From NCBI GenBank assembly GCA_963788655.1, contig CAWBHS010000072.1, positions 288,001-352,000 of the forward strand: a DNA stretch of 64,000 bases, given 5' to 3'. Shown one piece after another: positions 11,031 to 25,314 of the stretch; position 1 is the first letter of the stretch; every line of letters begins with the position of its first letter. The notes beneath the pieces are model-generated. The model saw only the letters and a list, made by a program, of their open reading frames with translations. It made no database searches and was not told the origin of the DNA. Source of the DNA: an uncultured Verrucomicrobiae bacterium. GTDB taxonomy: Bacteria > Verrucomicrobiota > Verrucomicrobiia > Limisphaerales > JAFGQR01. The position numbers and the translations under genes were made by a program.

Positions 11031-11168
11031 TAGCCCGGACATTCCACATGCCGCTTGAACTGCTGACACGCTGTGGCCGCCGACGGGAGGAGGCGGAACA
11101 TGATCAGATTCGTCGGGTCCGCCTCGTCACGTCGGCGGCTACGGCGAGGATGTAAAATATCCAGGTTA
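11031..11168. mobile_element. MITE-like element enclosing a GTAGCCGCCGAC-family REP doublet
   Basis: Imperfect terminal inverted repeats TAGCCCGGACATTCCACAT / ATGTAAAATATCCAGGTTA around GTGGCCGCCGACGGGAGGAGGCGG ... CCGCCTCGTCACGTCGGCGGCTAC. Confidence 0.6.
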
Positions 11169-11281
11169 ATTCTCTTTCCTGCCGCGCCAGCTAACCGGGC
11201 GGCCATTTGACTTCCCTAATTATTTGTATTTACTTCGGATGCTGGACCGACGCAGGATGTCGCAAAGAGAAAGGCAATATT

Positions 11282-11584
11282 ATGGAAAGCACGTCGAACG
11301 AAATTACTACTGAAAAACTTCAACACGATCTCAAAGCTCTGGTGCGCGATGCCGAAGACCTGCTGAAAGCAGGGGCAGGAGAACTCACGGACAAAGGCAA
11401 GGAGGCGCGAGCCAAACTGGCGACCGCGGTGGAATCAGCCAAAGAAACCTGCCACCAGTTTGAGGCGCGGGCCCTCGAAAGCGCCAAAGCCACCGACAAA
11501 GTGATTCGGGAACATCCGTACGAATCCATCGGCATTTCCTTTTGCTTGGGCCTGCTCATTGGGGTGTTGGTCAACCGCCGGTAA
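11282..11584 (+). CDS. DUF883 (ElaB/YqjD/YgaM) family membrane-anchored ribosome-binding protein
   Basis: DLKALVRDAEDLLK...TDKVIREHPYESIGISFCLGLLIGVLVNRR. Confidence 0.92.
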   Translation: MESTSNEITTEKLQHDLKALVRDAEDLLKAGAGELTDKGKEARAKLATAVESAKETCHQFEARALESAKATDKVIREHPYESIGISFCLGLLIGVLVNRR

Positions 11585-11970
11585 TGAGTGACGAGGAAAC
11601 CAAACGCACCAAGGTCATCGAGTCTTTGCGCCGGCTGCTCGACAGTTTGCTGGCGGCCATCGAGACCCGGTTGGAGTTGTTTGGCGTTGAGTTCAAAGTC
11701 GAAAAATACCGGCTCATTGAACTGTTGTTTTTGACCGCCGTCGCCGTCTGCTTCGGCATGATGGCGGTGGTCTTGTTTGCCATCACCCTGGTGTTGCTGG
11801 TGCCGGAGGAATACCGCATTCACGTGGTGGCCGGCGTTTGCCTGGTGTCAGCCTTCGGGACACTGGGAAGCGTCTTGCGATTGCGTGCCCGTTTGAAGAA
11901 TCCCCCGCCTTTCGCGGACACCCTGGCACAACTCAAAAAGGATCGCGAATGGTTTACCAGCAAGAAATAG
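11584..11970 (+). CDS. YqjE-like (phage holin 3_6 family) membrane protein
   Basis: ETRLELFGVE, two TM helices, PFADTLAQLKKDREW; TAATG overlap with the DUF883 gene. Confidence 0.88.
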   Translation: MSDEETKRTKVIESLRRLLDSLLAAIETRLELFGVEFKVEKYRLIELLFLTAVAVCFGMMAVVLFAITLVLLVPEEYRIHVVAGVCLVSAFGTLGSVLRLRARLKNPPPFADTLAQLKKDREWFTSKK

Positions 11971-12266
11971 CCGCGCTTGAACGGCAACGGCAGCTTTTGG
12001 TGGCCCAGAGTGAGATCCATCGCGTGATTTTGGCGCTCCGTTGGAAGCGGGTGGAAACCCAATCGCGTCAGAGCCTTCACCTCCTGGCCTGGGTACGGAA
12101 GTCGTATCGCGTGCTGCTGCCGGGCGTTTTTCTCGCTGGCGTGGTCCTGACCCGCAAGAAATTTCCCTTCCGCAAAGTGTTCATGAAGTTGTTGGTCGGT
12201 TGGACGTTGCTGCGCCGTGCTTTGCCGTTGTGGCGATTGTTCCGAGTTTTCACTGCTCATCGCTAA
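11949..12266 (+). CDS. YqjK-like protein
   Basis: LERQRQLLVAQSEIHR; occupies the third position of the yqjD-E-K-like arrangement. Confidence 0.65.
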   Translation: MVYQQEIAALERQRQLLVAQSEIHRVILALRWKRVETQSRQSLHLLAWVRKSYRVLLPGVFLAGVVLTRKKFPFRKVFMKLLVGWTLLRRALPLWRLFRVFTAHR

Positions 12267-12294
12267 GCTTTTAATTCAACCCCGGATGAATTCT

Positions 12295-12567
12295 ATGAAA
12301 AGTGGTAGCAAAATAAAACAAACCTTCTCCTTCCAGGCGCCCGACGCCATGAGCGTCTTGCTGGTCGGAGATTTCACCCAGTGGCAGGAAAAGCCCGTTC
12401 CGCTCAAAAAGGCCAAGCGCGGCGTGTGGCAGACCACGGTTTCCTTGGAACCCGGCACCCACCACTATCGGTTCATGGTAGATGGTGAGTGGCGGGATGA
12501 TCCCGAGTGTGCCGTCCACGTGGAGAATCCCTACGGAGGCAGGGACGCCGTGCGCGTCGTCGGTTAG
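12295..12567 (+). CDS. Stand-alone CBM48/AMPK1_CBM glycogen-binding protein
   Basis: FSFQAPDAMSVLLVGDFTQW...GVWQTTVSLEPGTHHYRFMVDGEWRDDP...NPYG. Confidence 0.92.
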   Translation: MKSGSKIKQTFSFQAPDAMSVLLVGDFTQWQEKPVPLKKAKRGVWQTTVSLEPGTHHYRFMVDGEWRDDPECAVHVENPYGGRDAVRVVG

Positions 12568-12572
12568 AGCCA

Positions 12573-12636
12573 GCCGGTCGGCTCCGCCGCGGCGGAGCGA
12601 ACGAGCAGCGCCGACGAGCGTCCCGCCCCGACCGGC
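12573..12636. terminator. GC-rich hairpin after the CBM48 gene (possible terminator or degenerate REP)
   Basis: Perfect 18-bp palindrome GCTCCGCCGCGGCGGAGC (12581-12598) nested in GCCGGTCGG...CCGACCGGC; no U-tract. Confidence 0.3.
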
Positions 12637-12655
12637 GCACGCCTCCAGTCCACTG

Positions 12656-12762
12656 ACAGCGGGCGCAAGTTCAACACACTCCAAACGCTGCCGCGACGTT
12701 TGCGCCGACGCTGCTGAGCTTCGCGCCAGCGTTTGAAGTGCGTCCGGCTCGCCGGCGCTTTC
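12656..12762. repeat. REP-doublet, TTGGAGTGC family, copy 2 (arms in opposite order to copy 1)
   Basis: CACTCCAAACGCTGCCGCGA ... TCGCGCCAGCGTTTGAAGTGCGTCCGGCTCGCCGGCGCTTTC. Confidence 0.78.
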
Positions 12763-12841
12763 AGGCAAGCGGCAGGGGCATTTTGTTCCTTGAATCGCGA
12801 TTACGGTGTCAGCCCGCACGGGACCGACGAGCATTCCACTT

Positions 12842-14641
12842 TCAAAACGGCCAAAATTTTGGGATGAAATAAATCGCCAATCCGCCAAACAAAATGTTCA
12901 ACGGAATCCCGACTTTCATAAAATCCACAAACCGATAGCCTCCGGCGCTGTACACCATGGTGTTGGTTTGATAGCCCACCGGCGTGGCAAAACAGGTGGA
13001 CGCCGCAAAAGTGACCGCCATCAGAAACGGTTTGGGATCGAGTCCCAATTTCACGGCCGACGAAATGGCAATGGGCGCGATAAGCACCGCTGCGGCATTG
13101 TTGCTCATAACGGAAGTAAACAGCGCTGCCAGCACATAAAACATCCCCAGCACTGCCGAGGGGCCCAACCAGCCCACCAAATCCAGGGCGTCCTTGGCAA
13201 ACAGTTCAGCCGCGCCTGTCTGTTTCAGCGTCTCGCCCAGCGGCAAAATGCCCGCCAGCAGGAAAATTACCCGCCAATCCACTGCTTCATACGCCTGATC
13301 GAGCGTTATACAGCGGCTCAATATCATCGCCAGGCAGCCCAGGATCGCACTCATCAATACCGGCATGATTTGCGTGGACGCCAGCGCGACCACCCCGGCG
13401 ATGATGGCAAAAGCAAGGAACGCTTTGCGGTTCTCCATGGGCGGCGATTGACGTTCCTGCAACACAATAAAGCTTTCATTGGCACGCATCCGCGGAACGT
13501 CCTCCTTGCGGATCAACAAGAGCAGTGCGTCCCCGAATTGGAGGCGGACGTTCGTGAGCTTGTCGCGCAGCAAATGTCCGTGCCGCTGGAGCGCCAGCAC
13601 AATGGATTCGTAACGCCAGCGGAATCCCAGGTCGGCGATGGTGCGCCCGACCAACCGGGACCGCGGGGCGACCAGCACTTCGAGCAACATCAATTCCTCG
13701 GCGGGCAGCGCGTTGTCTTTCAACTTGGCTTGCGGTTCGATCTCCAACCCGACGGTGCGTTTGAGTTGCATCAGGTTTTCCACCTTGCCCCGCACCAGCA
13801 AAATGTCGTCCGGCTTGATCGGCTCGAAGTGCGGCGACCAGATCTTGTGATGGCCCCGCAGAATTTCCAGGACGGTGACATCCTGCTGTTCGCCCAGTTT
13901 GGTTTCGCGCACCGTTTTGCCGATCAGCGGCGACTTTTCGAGCACCCGCAATTCGGTCAGATACTCCCGCACCTGGTAGGCTTCCGCCAATTGGGCCCGG
14001 CGACGGGCCGGCAGCAACCAGCGGCCAATCAGCAGGAAATAGAGGATGCCGGCCCCCAACAGAATCACGCCCATTCGGCTGAACTCGAACATCGAAAACG
14101 CGCCATAACCCGCATCTTCGGAAATGGAACTGACCAGCAAATTGGCGGACGTGCCGATCAAGGTGCAAACGCCGCCGAACTGCGACGCAAACGAGAGCGG
14201 GATTAACAACCGCGACGCGGATACCTTGTATTTGGCGCAAACGGCCAGCACCACCGGCATGAACACCGCCACTGCGGCCGTGTTATTCACAAACGCCGAA
14301 ACCACGCCCACCGTCAGCATCACCACGAAGAGGAGCACTGTGTGAATGCGACCCAGGCGGGCAAAACCGCGTGCGACCACGTCCATGCCCCCGGCTTTTT
14401 GGAAGCCGGCGCTCAACACAAACATGGCCGCCACGGTCAGCACCGCCGGATTGCTGAAACCTCCAATCGTTTGCTCCAGCGTGATCCAGCGGTGGGGATC
14501 GATCCACGCGTAATGCCCGGCCAGCCATACCACCAGCAACGCGGCCAGCACCAGCATGGATACCATGTCCACCGGATACTTCTCGGTGACGAACAGGAGC
14601 ACCGCCGCCACAAGAATGATGATGACCAGCGCAATTTCCAC
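12842..14641 (-). CDS. SLC13/CitMHS-family permease with two TrkA-C (RCK_C) domains
   Basis: SAFVNNTAAVA, GGVCTLIGTSANL, two SPLIGKT/SRLVGRT RCK_C repeats, MSNNAAA, TPVGYQTNTMV...GGYRFVDF. Confidence 0.93.
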   Translation of the reverse strand: MEIALVIIILVAAVLLFVTEKYPVDMVSMLVLAALLVVWLAGHYAWIDPHRWITLEQTIGGFSNPAVLTVAAMFVLSAGFQKAGGMDVVARGFARLGRIHTVLLFVVMLTVGVVSAFVNNTAAVAVFMPVVLAVCAKYKVSASRLLIPLSFASQFGGVCTLIGTSANLLVSSISEDAGYGAFSMFEFSRMGVILLGAGILYFLLIGRWLLPARRRAQLAEAYQVREYLTELRVLEKSPLIGKTVRETKLGEQQDVTVLEILRGHHKIWSPHFEPIKPDDILLVRGKVENLMQLKRTVGLEIEPQAKLKDNALPAEELMLLEVLVAPRSRLVGRTIADLGFRWRYESIVLALQRHGHLLRDKLTNVRLQFGDALLLLIRKEDVPRMRANESFIVLQERQSPPMENRKAFLAFAIIAGVVALASTQIMPVLMSAILGCLAMILSRCITLDQAYEAVDWRVIFLLAGILPLGETLKQTGAAELFAKDALDLVGWLGPSAVLGMFYVLAALFTSVMSNNAAAVLIAPIAISSAVKLGLDPKPFLMAVTFAASTCFATPVGYQTNTMVYSAGGYRFVDFMKVGIPLNILFGGLAIYFIPKFWPF

Positions 14642-14745
14642 GGTGGCAGTTTAACGGTCCAAAACATCCTTACCACCCCGTTTTGGAATTTATGCAGATT
14701 ATGTATTCATTGCATAAGGCGGATCGTTAGTGTCAAATTAGGGCG

Positions 14746-16399
14746 ATGCAACTGTTGTCCGCAGTCATCGAAAGGATCAGTTGGACCGGCTTGGCCATTC
14801 TGCATGCCGGGTCCGTGCCCATGGTCAGTGCGGCTGCTGGTGGCAACTCGCCGGCCGCGGATTCGGGCCCCGCTTCGCCAGGGGGCTTGGCGAAACTATT
14901 GCGCTACGTGGAACACAGTTTGAGCCAACATGTGGGGACAGTATTGAACCACAAACTGCTCTGGGGCATCACGCCCTTCCAGATCATCCTCAGTGTCGCC
15001 CTGCTCATCGGAGTGGCGTTGGCCTGGCGATTGGGCCGCCGGCTCTTCGAACTTTGGGTGAGCAAAAAACAACCCCAACTGGACCGCCCCGCATCGCCGG
15101 AAACTGAGCGCGTAAATTGGATCAAGTTAATCGAAGACGCTGCGCGGTCCGCCGTTGGCGCTGTTTGTCAAAGTGGTCGCCGGCTACGTCGCTCTGTATC
15201 TGCTCCTGGCTCACTTGCAGACCGACGACGGTAAACCCGCAGTCTTGATCATTCTCGATTGGCTCTGCAAGCTGGGGAGCCTCGGAGCGTTGTTCTGGTT
15301 CCTATTCCGTCTGGTCAACGTGCTCAAAGTGCGTCTGCAACGCTGGACCGAGCACTCCCAAAACAAATGGGACGACGTCATGGCCGTGCTGGTGATTCGC
15401 GCGTTGCGGTTGGTCATTCCGTTGATCGGGGTGCTCCTCGTGGCGCCGGTGCTGAATATTTCACCCGAATCCAATTACTTTTTCAAGCAAGCCGCCAGCC
15501 TGCTCCTCATCCTGGCCATCGGCGTCATCTTTTACCAATTGGTCGATGCCTTGGAAGGGGCTGTACTCCGCCAGTTTCGCACCGACGTTGAGGACAATTT
15601 GGAGGCGCGTAAAATTAATACCCAGGTCAAAGTGTTGAAGAAATTGGCCATCGTGGCGATCGTCATCTTCACCGCTGCTTCGATGCTGATGATGTTCGAA
15701 TCGTTCCGCCGCCTGGGCACCAGCATCATGGCTTCGGCCGGCGTTATTGGCATCGTGGTGGGATTTGCCGCCCAAAAAAGCATCGCCACGGTGGTGGCGG
15801 GTTTCCAGATCGCCATGACCCAACCCATCCGCCTGGACGATGTCGTGATTGTGGAAGGCGAATGGGGCCGGATCGAGGAAATCACGCTCACCTACGTGGT
15901 GGTGCGGATCTGGGACTTGCGCCGCCTGATCCTGCCCATCGGCTACTTCATCGAACATCCCTTTCAAAACTGGACCCGCGTCTCGGCAGACATTTTAGGC
16001 AGCGTTTTCCTGTATCTGGACTACACCGTGCCCTTGCAGGCGGTGCGTGAGGAATTGACCCGCCTCCTCGAACAATCGCCATACTGGGATAAGAAGGTCA
16101 ACGTCGTCCAAGTGACTGATGCCAAAGAGCGCACCATCGAAGTCCGGGCCTTGATGAGTGCGTCCGACAGTTCGCAAGCCTGGAACCTTCGCTGCGAAGT
16201 GCGCGAAAAACTTCTCGATTTCCTCCGACAAAACTATCCCGGCAGCCTTCCGCGACTACGCGCTGAATTGCATCCGCTCCCCGAATTCAAGGACGCAAAC
16301 TCCGACACACCCAAGCGCCTGACGAAGCCGCGGACTACCAACAACCATGCCCCATCCTCCCGTCACAAAAAGCCAACTCGCCGTCGCGCGGCGCGTTGA
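14746..16399 (+). CDS. mscS: MscS small-conductance mechanosensitive channel (frameshift near 15155)
   Basis: ASAGVIGIVVGFAAQ, QPIRLDDVVIVEGEWGRIEEITLTYV, PFQNWTR; the N-terminal extension is in ORF 14746..15234. Confidence 0.88.
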
Positions 16400-16412
16400 T
16401 GCCAATTCAATC

Positions 16413-18436
16413 ATGAAGAAGAATCCATCGCTGATCCAAATCAAAGAAGGCCGCGCCCGCGCCGTCATCGAAGGGGTTTATCCCGAGATCGACGGTGGCC
16501 GGTATCCGATCAAGCGCACGATCGATGAGAAGGTCGTCGTCGAAGCCGATATTTTCGGCGACGGCCATGACTCGCTTTCGGCCATGGTGAAATACCGGCC
16601 TGCCGCCGCGACTTATTGGTCGGAAGTTGCCATGGAATCGTTGGTCAATGACCGCTGGCGGGCGTCCTTCCGGGTCACCGAATTGGGGCAATACTTCTAC
16701 ACCCTGGAGGCCTGGACGGATCATTTCAAGTCCTGGCAGAAGGACTTTAAGAAGAAAGTGGATGCCGGCCAGGACGTGACCGTCGATCTGCTGGCCGGCG
16801 TGCAATTTATCCAGGAGGCCATACAGCGGGCTCCGGAAAGCGACAAACCGGAGCTCGAACGGTGGGTCCGTGAGTTGTCCAGCGGCGACATCGCCACCTT
16901 GGAGCAGCGCATCCAGCACGCGTTGGAGCCGCAACTGGCCGCGTTGATGGACCGGTTCCCGGACCGCCGGTTTGCCACCCGGTATGTGCGCAAACTGGTG
17001 GTCACGGTGGACCCGGTGCTCGCGCGCTACGGCGCCTGGTATGAAATATTTCCCCGCTCCGCCTCGCCCGACCCAAGCCGATCCGGCACGTTCAAAGACT
17101 GCGAAGCGTTGCTGCCGCGGATTGCCGAAATGGGCTTCGATGTGTTGTACCTGCCGCCGATTCATCCCATTGGCCGGGCGTTTCGCAAAGGCAAAAACAA
17201 CAATCCCGTTTGCCAACCCGGCGAACCGGGTAGCCCGTGGGGCATCGGTTCCGAGGAGGGCGGCCATAAAGCCGTCCATCCCGAATTGGGCACGCTTGAG
17301 GATTTCCGACAACTCGTTCAAAAGGCGAAGGAACACCAGCTCACCGTCGCGCTCGACATCGCGTTCCAGTGCTCGCCCGACCATCCTTATGTTCGCGAGC
17401 ATCCGGAGTGGTTTCGCAAGCGGCCGGACGGTTCCATTCAATACGCCGAAAATCCGCCCAAAAAGTACCAGGACATCTTTCCGATCAACTTCGAGTGCGA
17501 GAACTGGCAGGAGTTGTGGCAGGAATTGAAAAGCGTATTTGAGTTTTGGATCGAGCAAGGCGTGCTAGTGTTCCGCGTGGACAATCCGCACACCAAGGCC
17601 CTGCCGTTCTGGGAATGGGCGATTGGCGAACTCAAGCGCGATCGTCCGGAATTGATCTTCCTGGCCGAAGCGTTCACGCGCCCCAAAGTCATGTACAACC
17701 TGGCCAAGATAGGCTACACGCAATCCTACAATTACTTTCCCTGGCGCAACACCAAGTGGGAACTGACCGAGTATTTCACCGAACTAACCCAGACAAGTGT
17801 GCGCGAGTTTTTCCGGCCTAATTTCTGGCCGAACACGCCGGACATCCTGACCCAATACCTCCAATACGGCGGCCGGCCGGCATTCATGGTGCGGTTCATT
17901 CTGGCGGCCACGCTGGGGGCCAGCTACGGCATTTACGGGCCCGCCTTCGAACTGTGCGAGAACAGCCGCGCGAAGGAACACGGCAGCGAGGAGTATTTGA
18001 ATTCGGAGAAATACGAAATCCGGCATTGGGACCGGAACGCGCCGCACAGCCTGCACGAACTCATTGCCAAAGTGAACCGCATCCGCCGCGAGCGATCCGG
18101 CCTTGCACAGCAATGACAATCTGCACTTTCACCCCGTCGATAACGAACAGATCATTGCCTACAGCAAGGCCACGGACGAGCTCGACAATGTGATTCTGAC
18201 GGTCGTGAACCTGGACCCGCACCATGTCCAAAGCGGTTGGGTCAACCTCGACCTTGACCAACTCGACATCGACAGCAAGACGCCTTACCAGGTCCACGAT
18301 CTGTTGACCGGCGCCCGCTATTTGTGGCAGGGCACCGCGCAATTTCGTGGAGTTAAATCCCGCCTTTGTCCCGGCGCACATTTTCCGGGTCCGCCATCAG
18401 GTGCGCTCGGAAAGAGACTTTGACTATTTCATGTAA
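16413..18436 (+). CDS. glgE: Alpha-1,4-glucan:maltose-1-phosphate maltosyltransferase (GH13_3); frameshifts from about 18090 to 18375
   Basis: DIFGDGHD, WYEIFPRS, YLPPIHPIG, RKGKNN, QCSPDHPY, YAENPPKKYQDI, FRVDNPHTK, LAEAFTRP, NTPDIL; C-terminal AHIFRV...RDFDYFM* ends at 18436. Confidence 0.95.
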
Positions 18437-18454
18437 ACCGAAAGGATAACCCGC

Positions 18455-21832
<3,378 letters not shown>

Positions 21833-21880
21833 TCCCGAAGCCGACTGGCGGCGTCGTGTCCGCACGGTCGGCATCATCCA

Positions 21881-22943
21881 ATGGCCAAACCAACTGAAGA
21901 CCAACCCAATGCCGTGGATCACGGCCAGCGGCTGCTGGATTTTCTGAATCTGCGTCGTGACACCCTCTCTCCGCTGCTCATCCTGATGCACGATTACCCG
22001 GATCCCGACGCGCTGGCCGCCGGCTATGCCTTGCAGCATCTGGCGCAAGCGGGCTTCGGGGTGGAATCCCGCGTCGTCTATGGCGGCGTGGTCGGTCGCA
22101 CCGAGAACAAGGAAATGGTCCGGCTGCTCAAGATTCCCATCCACAAAACCAAACCGGGGTTGTTCAAGAAATTCGCCAACGTCGCCTTGGTGGACACCCA
22201 ACCCGCCTTCGGGAACAATGGGTTCCCCAAGAATCGCCGGGCCACCATGATCATCGACCAGCATCCCTCGGCCACCCCGCCGGATGCTGAACTGGCCATT
22301 GTGGATCCAGACTGTGGCGCCACCTGCGTGATCGTGGCGCAGGCGCTGCTGCTCAATGGCACGACCATTCCCACCCGCGTGGCCACGGCGCTGGCTTATG
22401 GTATTCTCACCGACACGCTGGATCTCTACCGCGCCAATCGCCCCGAACGTCGTGCAAACCTATCTCCAGGTATTGCACCATTGCGACATGCGCGTGCTGG
22501 CCCGCATCCAGAACCCGGTGCGGCCCCTCAACTTTTTCGCGACCCTCGGCCGGGGTATCCGCAACGCCGCCCAGTATCGGCGCCTGATGGTTTCCCACTT
22601 GGGGGCCGTGGGCACGCCGGACCTGGTCGCGCAAGTGGCCGAATTCCTTCTGGCCTACCGCCAATTGCACTGGTGCATCGTCACCGGCCGTTGCAAAGGC
22701 CGGCTCTACGCCTCGCTGCGCACCAACCGTCCCGACGCCCAGGCCGGCCAGATCCTGCGCGAAGTCTTCGGCAATCCTCGTCTGGCCGGCGGCCACGGGG
22801 CCATTGCCGGTGGCAGTTGCCGCGTCGGCTTGGACGTGGCTGAAGAAGTCTGGCAGGAAAAGGAGCAAGCCCTCACCGCGCGGCTGATGAAACGTTTGCG
22901 CATCTCGAGCAAAGTCGAACCGCGCAAACCCTTCCAACGCTAA
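21881..22943 (+). CDS. DHH/DHHA1-family phosphoesterase (frameshift near 22445)
   Basis: HDYPDPDA, VDTQP, IDQH (DHH motif variant), GILTDT, SLRT, AGGHGAIAGG. Confidence 0.85.
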
Positions 22944-22965
22944 CGAACTGTTCGTCAACTCGATT

Positions 22966-25105
22966 GTGAGTTCAAAAAACGAAATGTCGGCGACGCTACG
23001 TCCGCTAAAACAACTGGCACACTTGCACGGCGTACAGACTTCCTATCTGGACATGGCCAAACAGCGACAGGAGGCGAGTCCCGAGTCGCTGCTGGCTGTG
23101 TTGGGGGCCTTGGGCGTGCCGGTCGAACGGTTGCGCGATGTGCCGGATGCGCTCACTGAATCGCGGTTGGCCCGCGCGCGGCAATGTCTGGAGCCGGTGC
23201 AGGTGGTCTGGCAGGGATCCCGCACCCCGTTGGCGCTGCGCTTGCCTGCCCGTCATGCCACGTCTCCAGTGCGCTGCCGATGGACGCTGGAAAACGGCGA
23301 AATCCGCACCATTGATTGGACGGCTAAACAACTTGTCCCGACGGGAAGCAGCCGCCTGGCCGGCGAGTCGTTTGTGACGTTGCGACTGCCGAGGCCCGGA
23401 CGTTTGCCCAACGGTTATCATCAATTGACGGTCGAATGCGCCGCCGGCTGTTTTCACAGTTTGATCCTGGCGGCGGCTGAGCGATGCTATTCGCCACCGC
23501 GCCAGCAAAAGTCCTGGGGCATCTTTGCCCCGTTGTATGCGCTGCACTCGGAGCGAAGTTGGGGCGCGGGTGACTTTGGTGATTTGGCCGAATTCATGGC
23601 TTGGCTTGGCCAGCAAGGCGGCAATGTCATGGCCACGCTGCCGTTGTTACCGGCCTTTCTGGATCAGCCTTGCGAACCCAGTCCCTATTCGCCGGTTAGC
23701 CGCTTGTTTTGGAATGAGTTTTATCTTGATTTGGACCAAGTGCCCGAACTGGCGCGCTGCGCGGAAGCCAGGAAGTTGATGCAATCCGCCAGCTTTCAAA
23801 AACGCCGGCGCGAACTTCGCCAAGATCCGCTGGTCCGCTACCGCGAGTTGATGGCGCTCAAACGTCAGGTGCTCGAAGCGCTGGTCCGCCGTTTCTTCGC
23901 GCGAGCGTCCGTCCGGCGCGGTGAGTTTGAGGCGTTTCTGAAAAGACATCCGCGGTTGAACGATTATGCGTGTTTTCGTGCCACAGGCGAAAAGCGCCGG
24001 ACCGGATGGCCGGAATGGCCTTCGCGGCTGCGTGGTGGAGACATTACAGGCCGGCGATTACGATCCAGCGGCACGCCGCTATCATTTGTATGTCCAATGG
24101 TTGGCGCACGAGCAAATGGCGAGCCTCACGAACCATGCTGCCCGGCATGGTGTGCGTCTGTACCTGGACCTGCCTTTGGGTGTCCACCGTGCCGGATACG
24201 ACTGCTGGCGGCACCAGGATCTGTTCGCCTTGCGCGCCTCGGGCGGTGCGCCGCCGGATCCGGTATTCACCTTGGGACAGGACTGGCAATTCGCCCCGTT
24301 GCACCCCGAGCGCAGCCGGGCGCAAGGGCATGCTTATGTGATCGATTATTTACGGCACCACTTGGAACGGACCGGGATGTTGCGCATCGATCACGTCATG
24401 GGCTTGCACCGGTTGTACTGGGTGCCGGAGGGCCTGCCCGCCAGTCAAGGGGCCTACGTGAGTTATCCCGCCGACGAGCTTTACGCCATTCTCTCGCTCG
24501 AATCGCATCGCTACGGGGCGACCATTGCCGGGGAAAACCTCGGGACCGTGCCGCCGGAGGTGAACCGCCGCCTCAAGCGTCATAATTTGTGTGAGTTGTT
24601 TGTGGCCCAGTATGAACATCAGCCCTATCCCAAGCGCTCGATGCGGCGGGTGCCCGCGCGTGCGGTGGCCAGTCTCAATACTCACGATATGCCGCCGTTC
24701 CAGGCCTACTGGGAAGGCACTGACCTGGCGGACCGTCACGAGTTAGGGTGGATCAAGCTCACCGACGTGCCGAAGGAACGACGGTTGCGCGCCAAGGTCC
24801 AACGGGCGCTGATCCAGATGTTGCGTCACGAGGAGTGGCTTGCCAGCCGGCGACCCGAAGCGAAAGACGTGCTCCGGGGGGCGCTCGCCCATTTGAGCGC
24901 CAGCGCGGCGCAGTTTGTGTTGTTGAACCTCGAAGATCTGTGGTTGGAAACCCATTCGCAGAATGTTCCCGGCACCACGGAAGAACGGATTAACTGGCGT
25001 CGCAAAACCCGTTTGTCCCTTGAGCAAATTATGGAGCATCAAGACGTGCAAGAATTGCTTAAGTTGGTTAACCGATTACGTCGGGACCGCGATAATGACC
25101 AATGA
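22966..25105 (+). CDS. malQ: 4-alpha-glucanotransferase (amylomaltase, GH77); frameshift near 24040
   Basis: WGIFAPLYAL...WGAGDFGDL, SPYSPVSR, YLDLPLG, GAPPD...GQDW, LRIDHVMGLHRLYW, GENLGTVP, NTHDMP, QNVPGT, NWR. Confidence 0.94.
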
Positions 25106-25232
25106 CCGATGACCAAGCCCCAAAGAATGCTCAAGGTTCAATGCCCAGTGGATAGCCGGAAACTGCCCGAATACCGCCTGGGACTTGGGTCTGGGACATT
25201 CTCTGGTCATTGGACCTTGGACCTTGGTCATT
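25094..25232. repeat. Inverted heptamer-array element (AATGACC)n...(TGGTCAT)n, copy 1
   Basis: AATGACCAATGACCGATGACCAAGCCCC ... TGGTCATTGGACCTTGGACCTTGGTCATT; overlaps the malQ stop. Confidence 0.75.
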
Positions 25233-25314
25233 CAATTATCGTCCCACTGTCTGAGAGTGGAATCCCCAATTGCCAGTTGACTCGCAACCCTGTGGTGATG
25301 CTGTTCGATCGTCG

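Noticed and set aside
11584..11970. Prophage suggested by a 'phage holin' family protein
   Set aside because: It is YqjE-like in a yqjD-E-K context; no phage genes nearby.
25094..25232. CRISPR array in the short tandem repeats
   Set aside because: Degenerate 7-mers without unique spacers; no cas genes.
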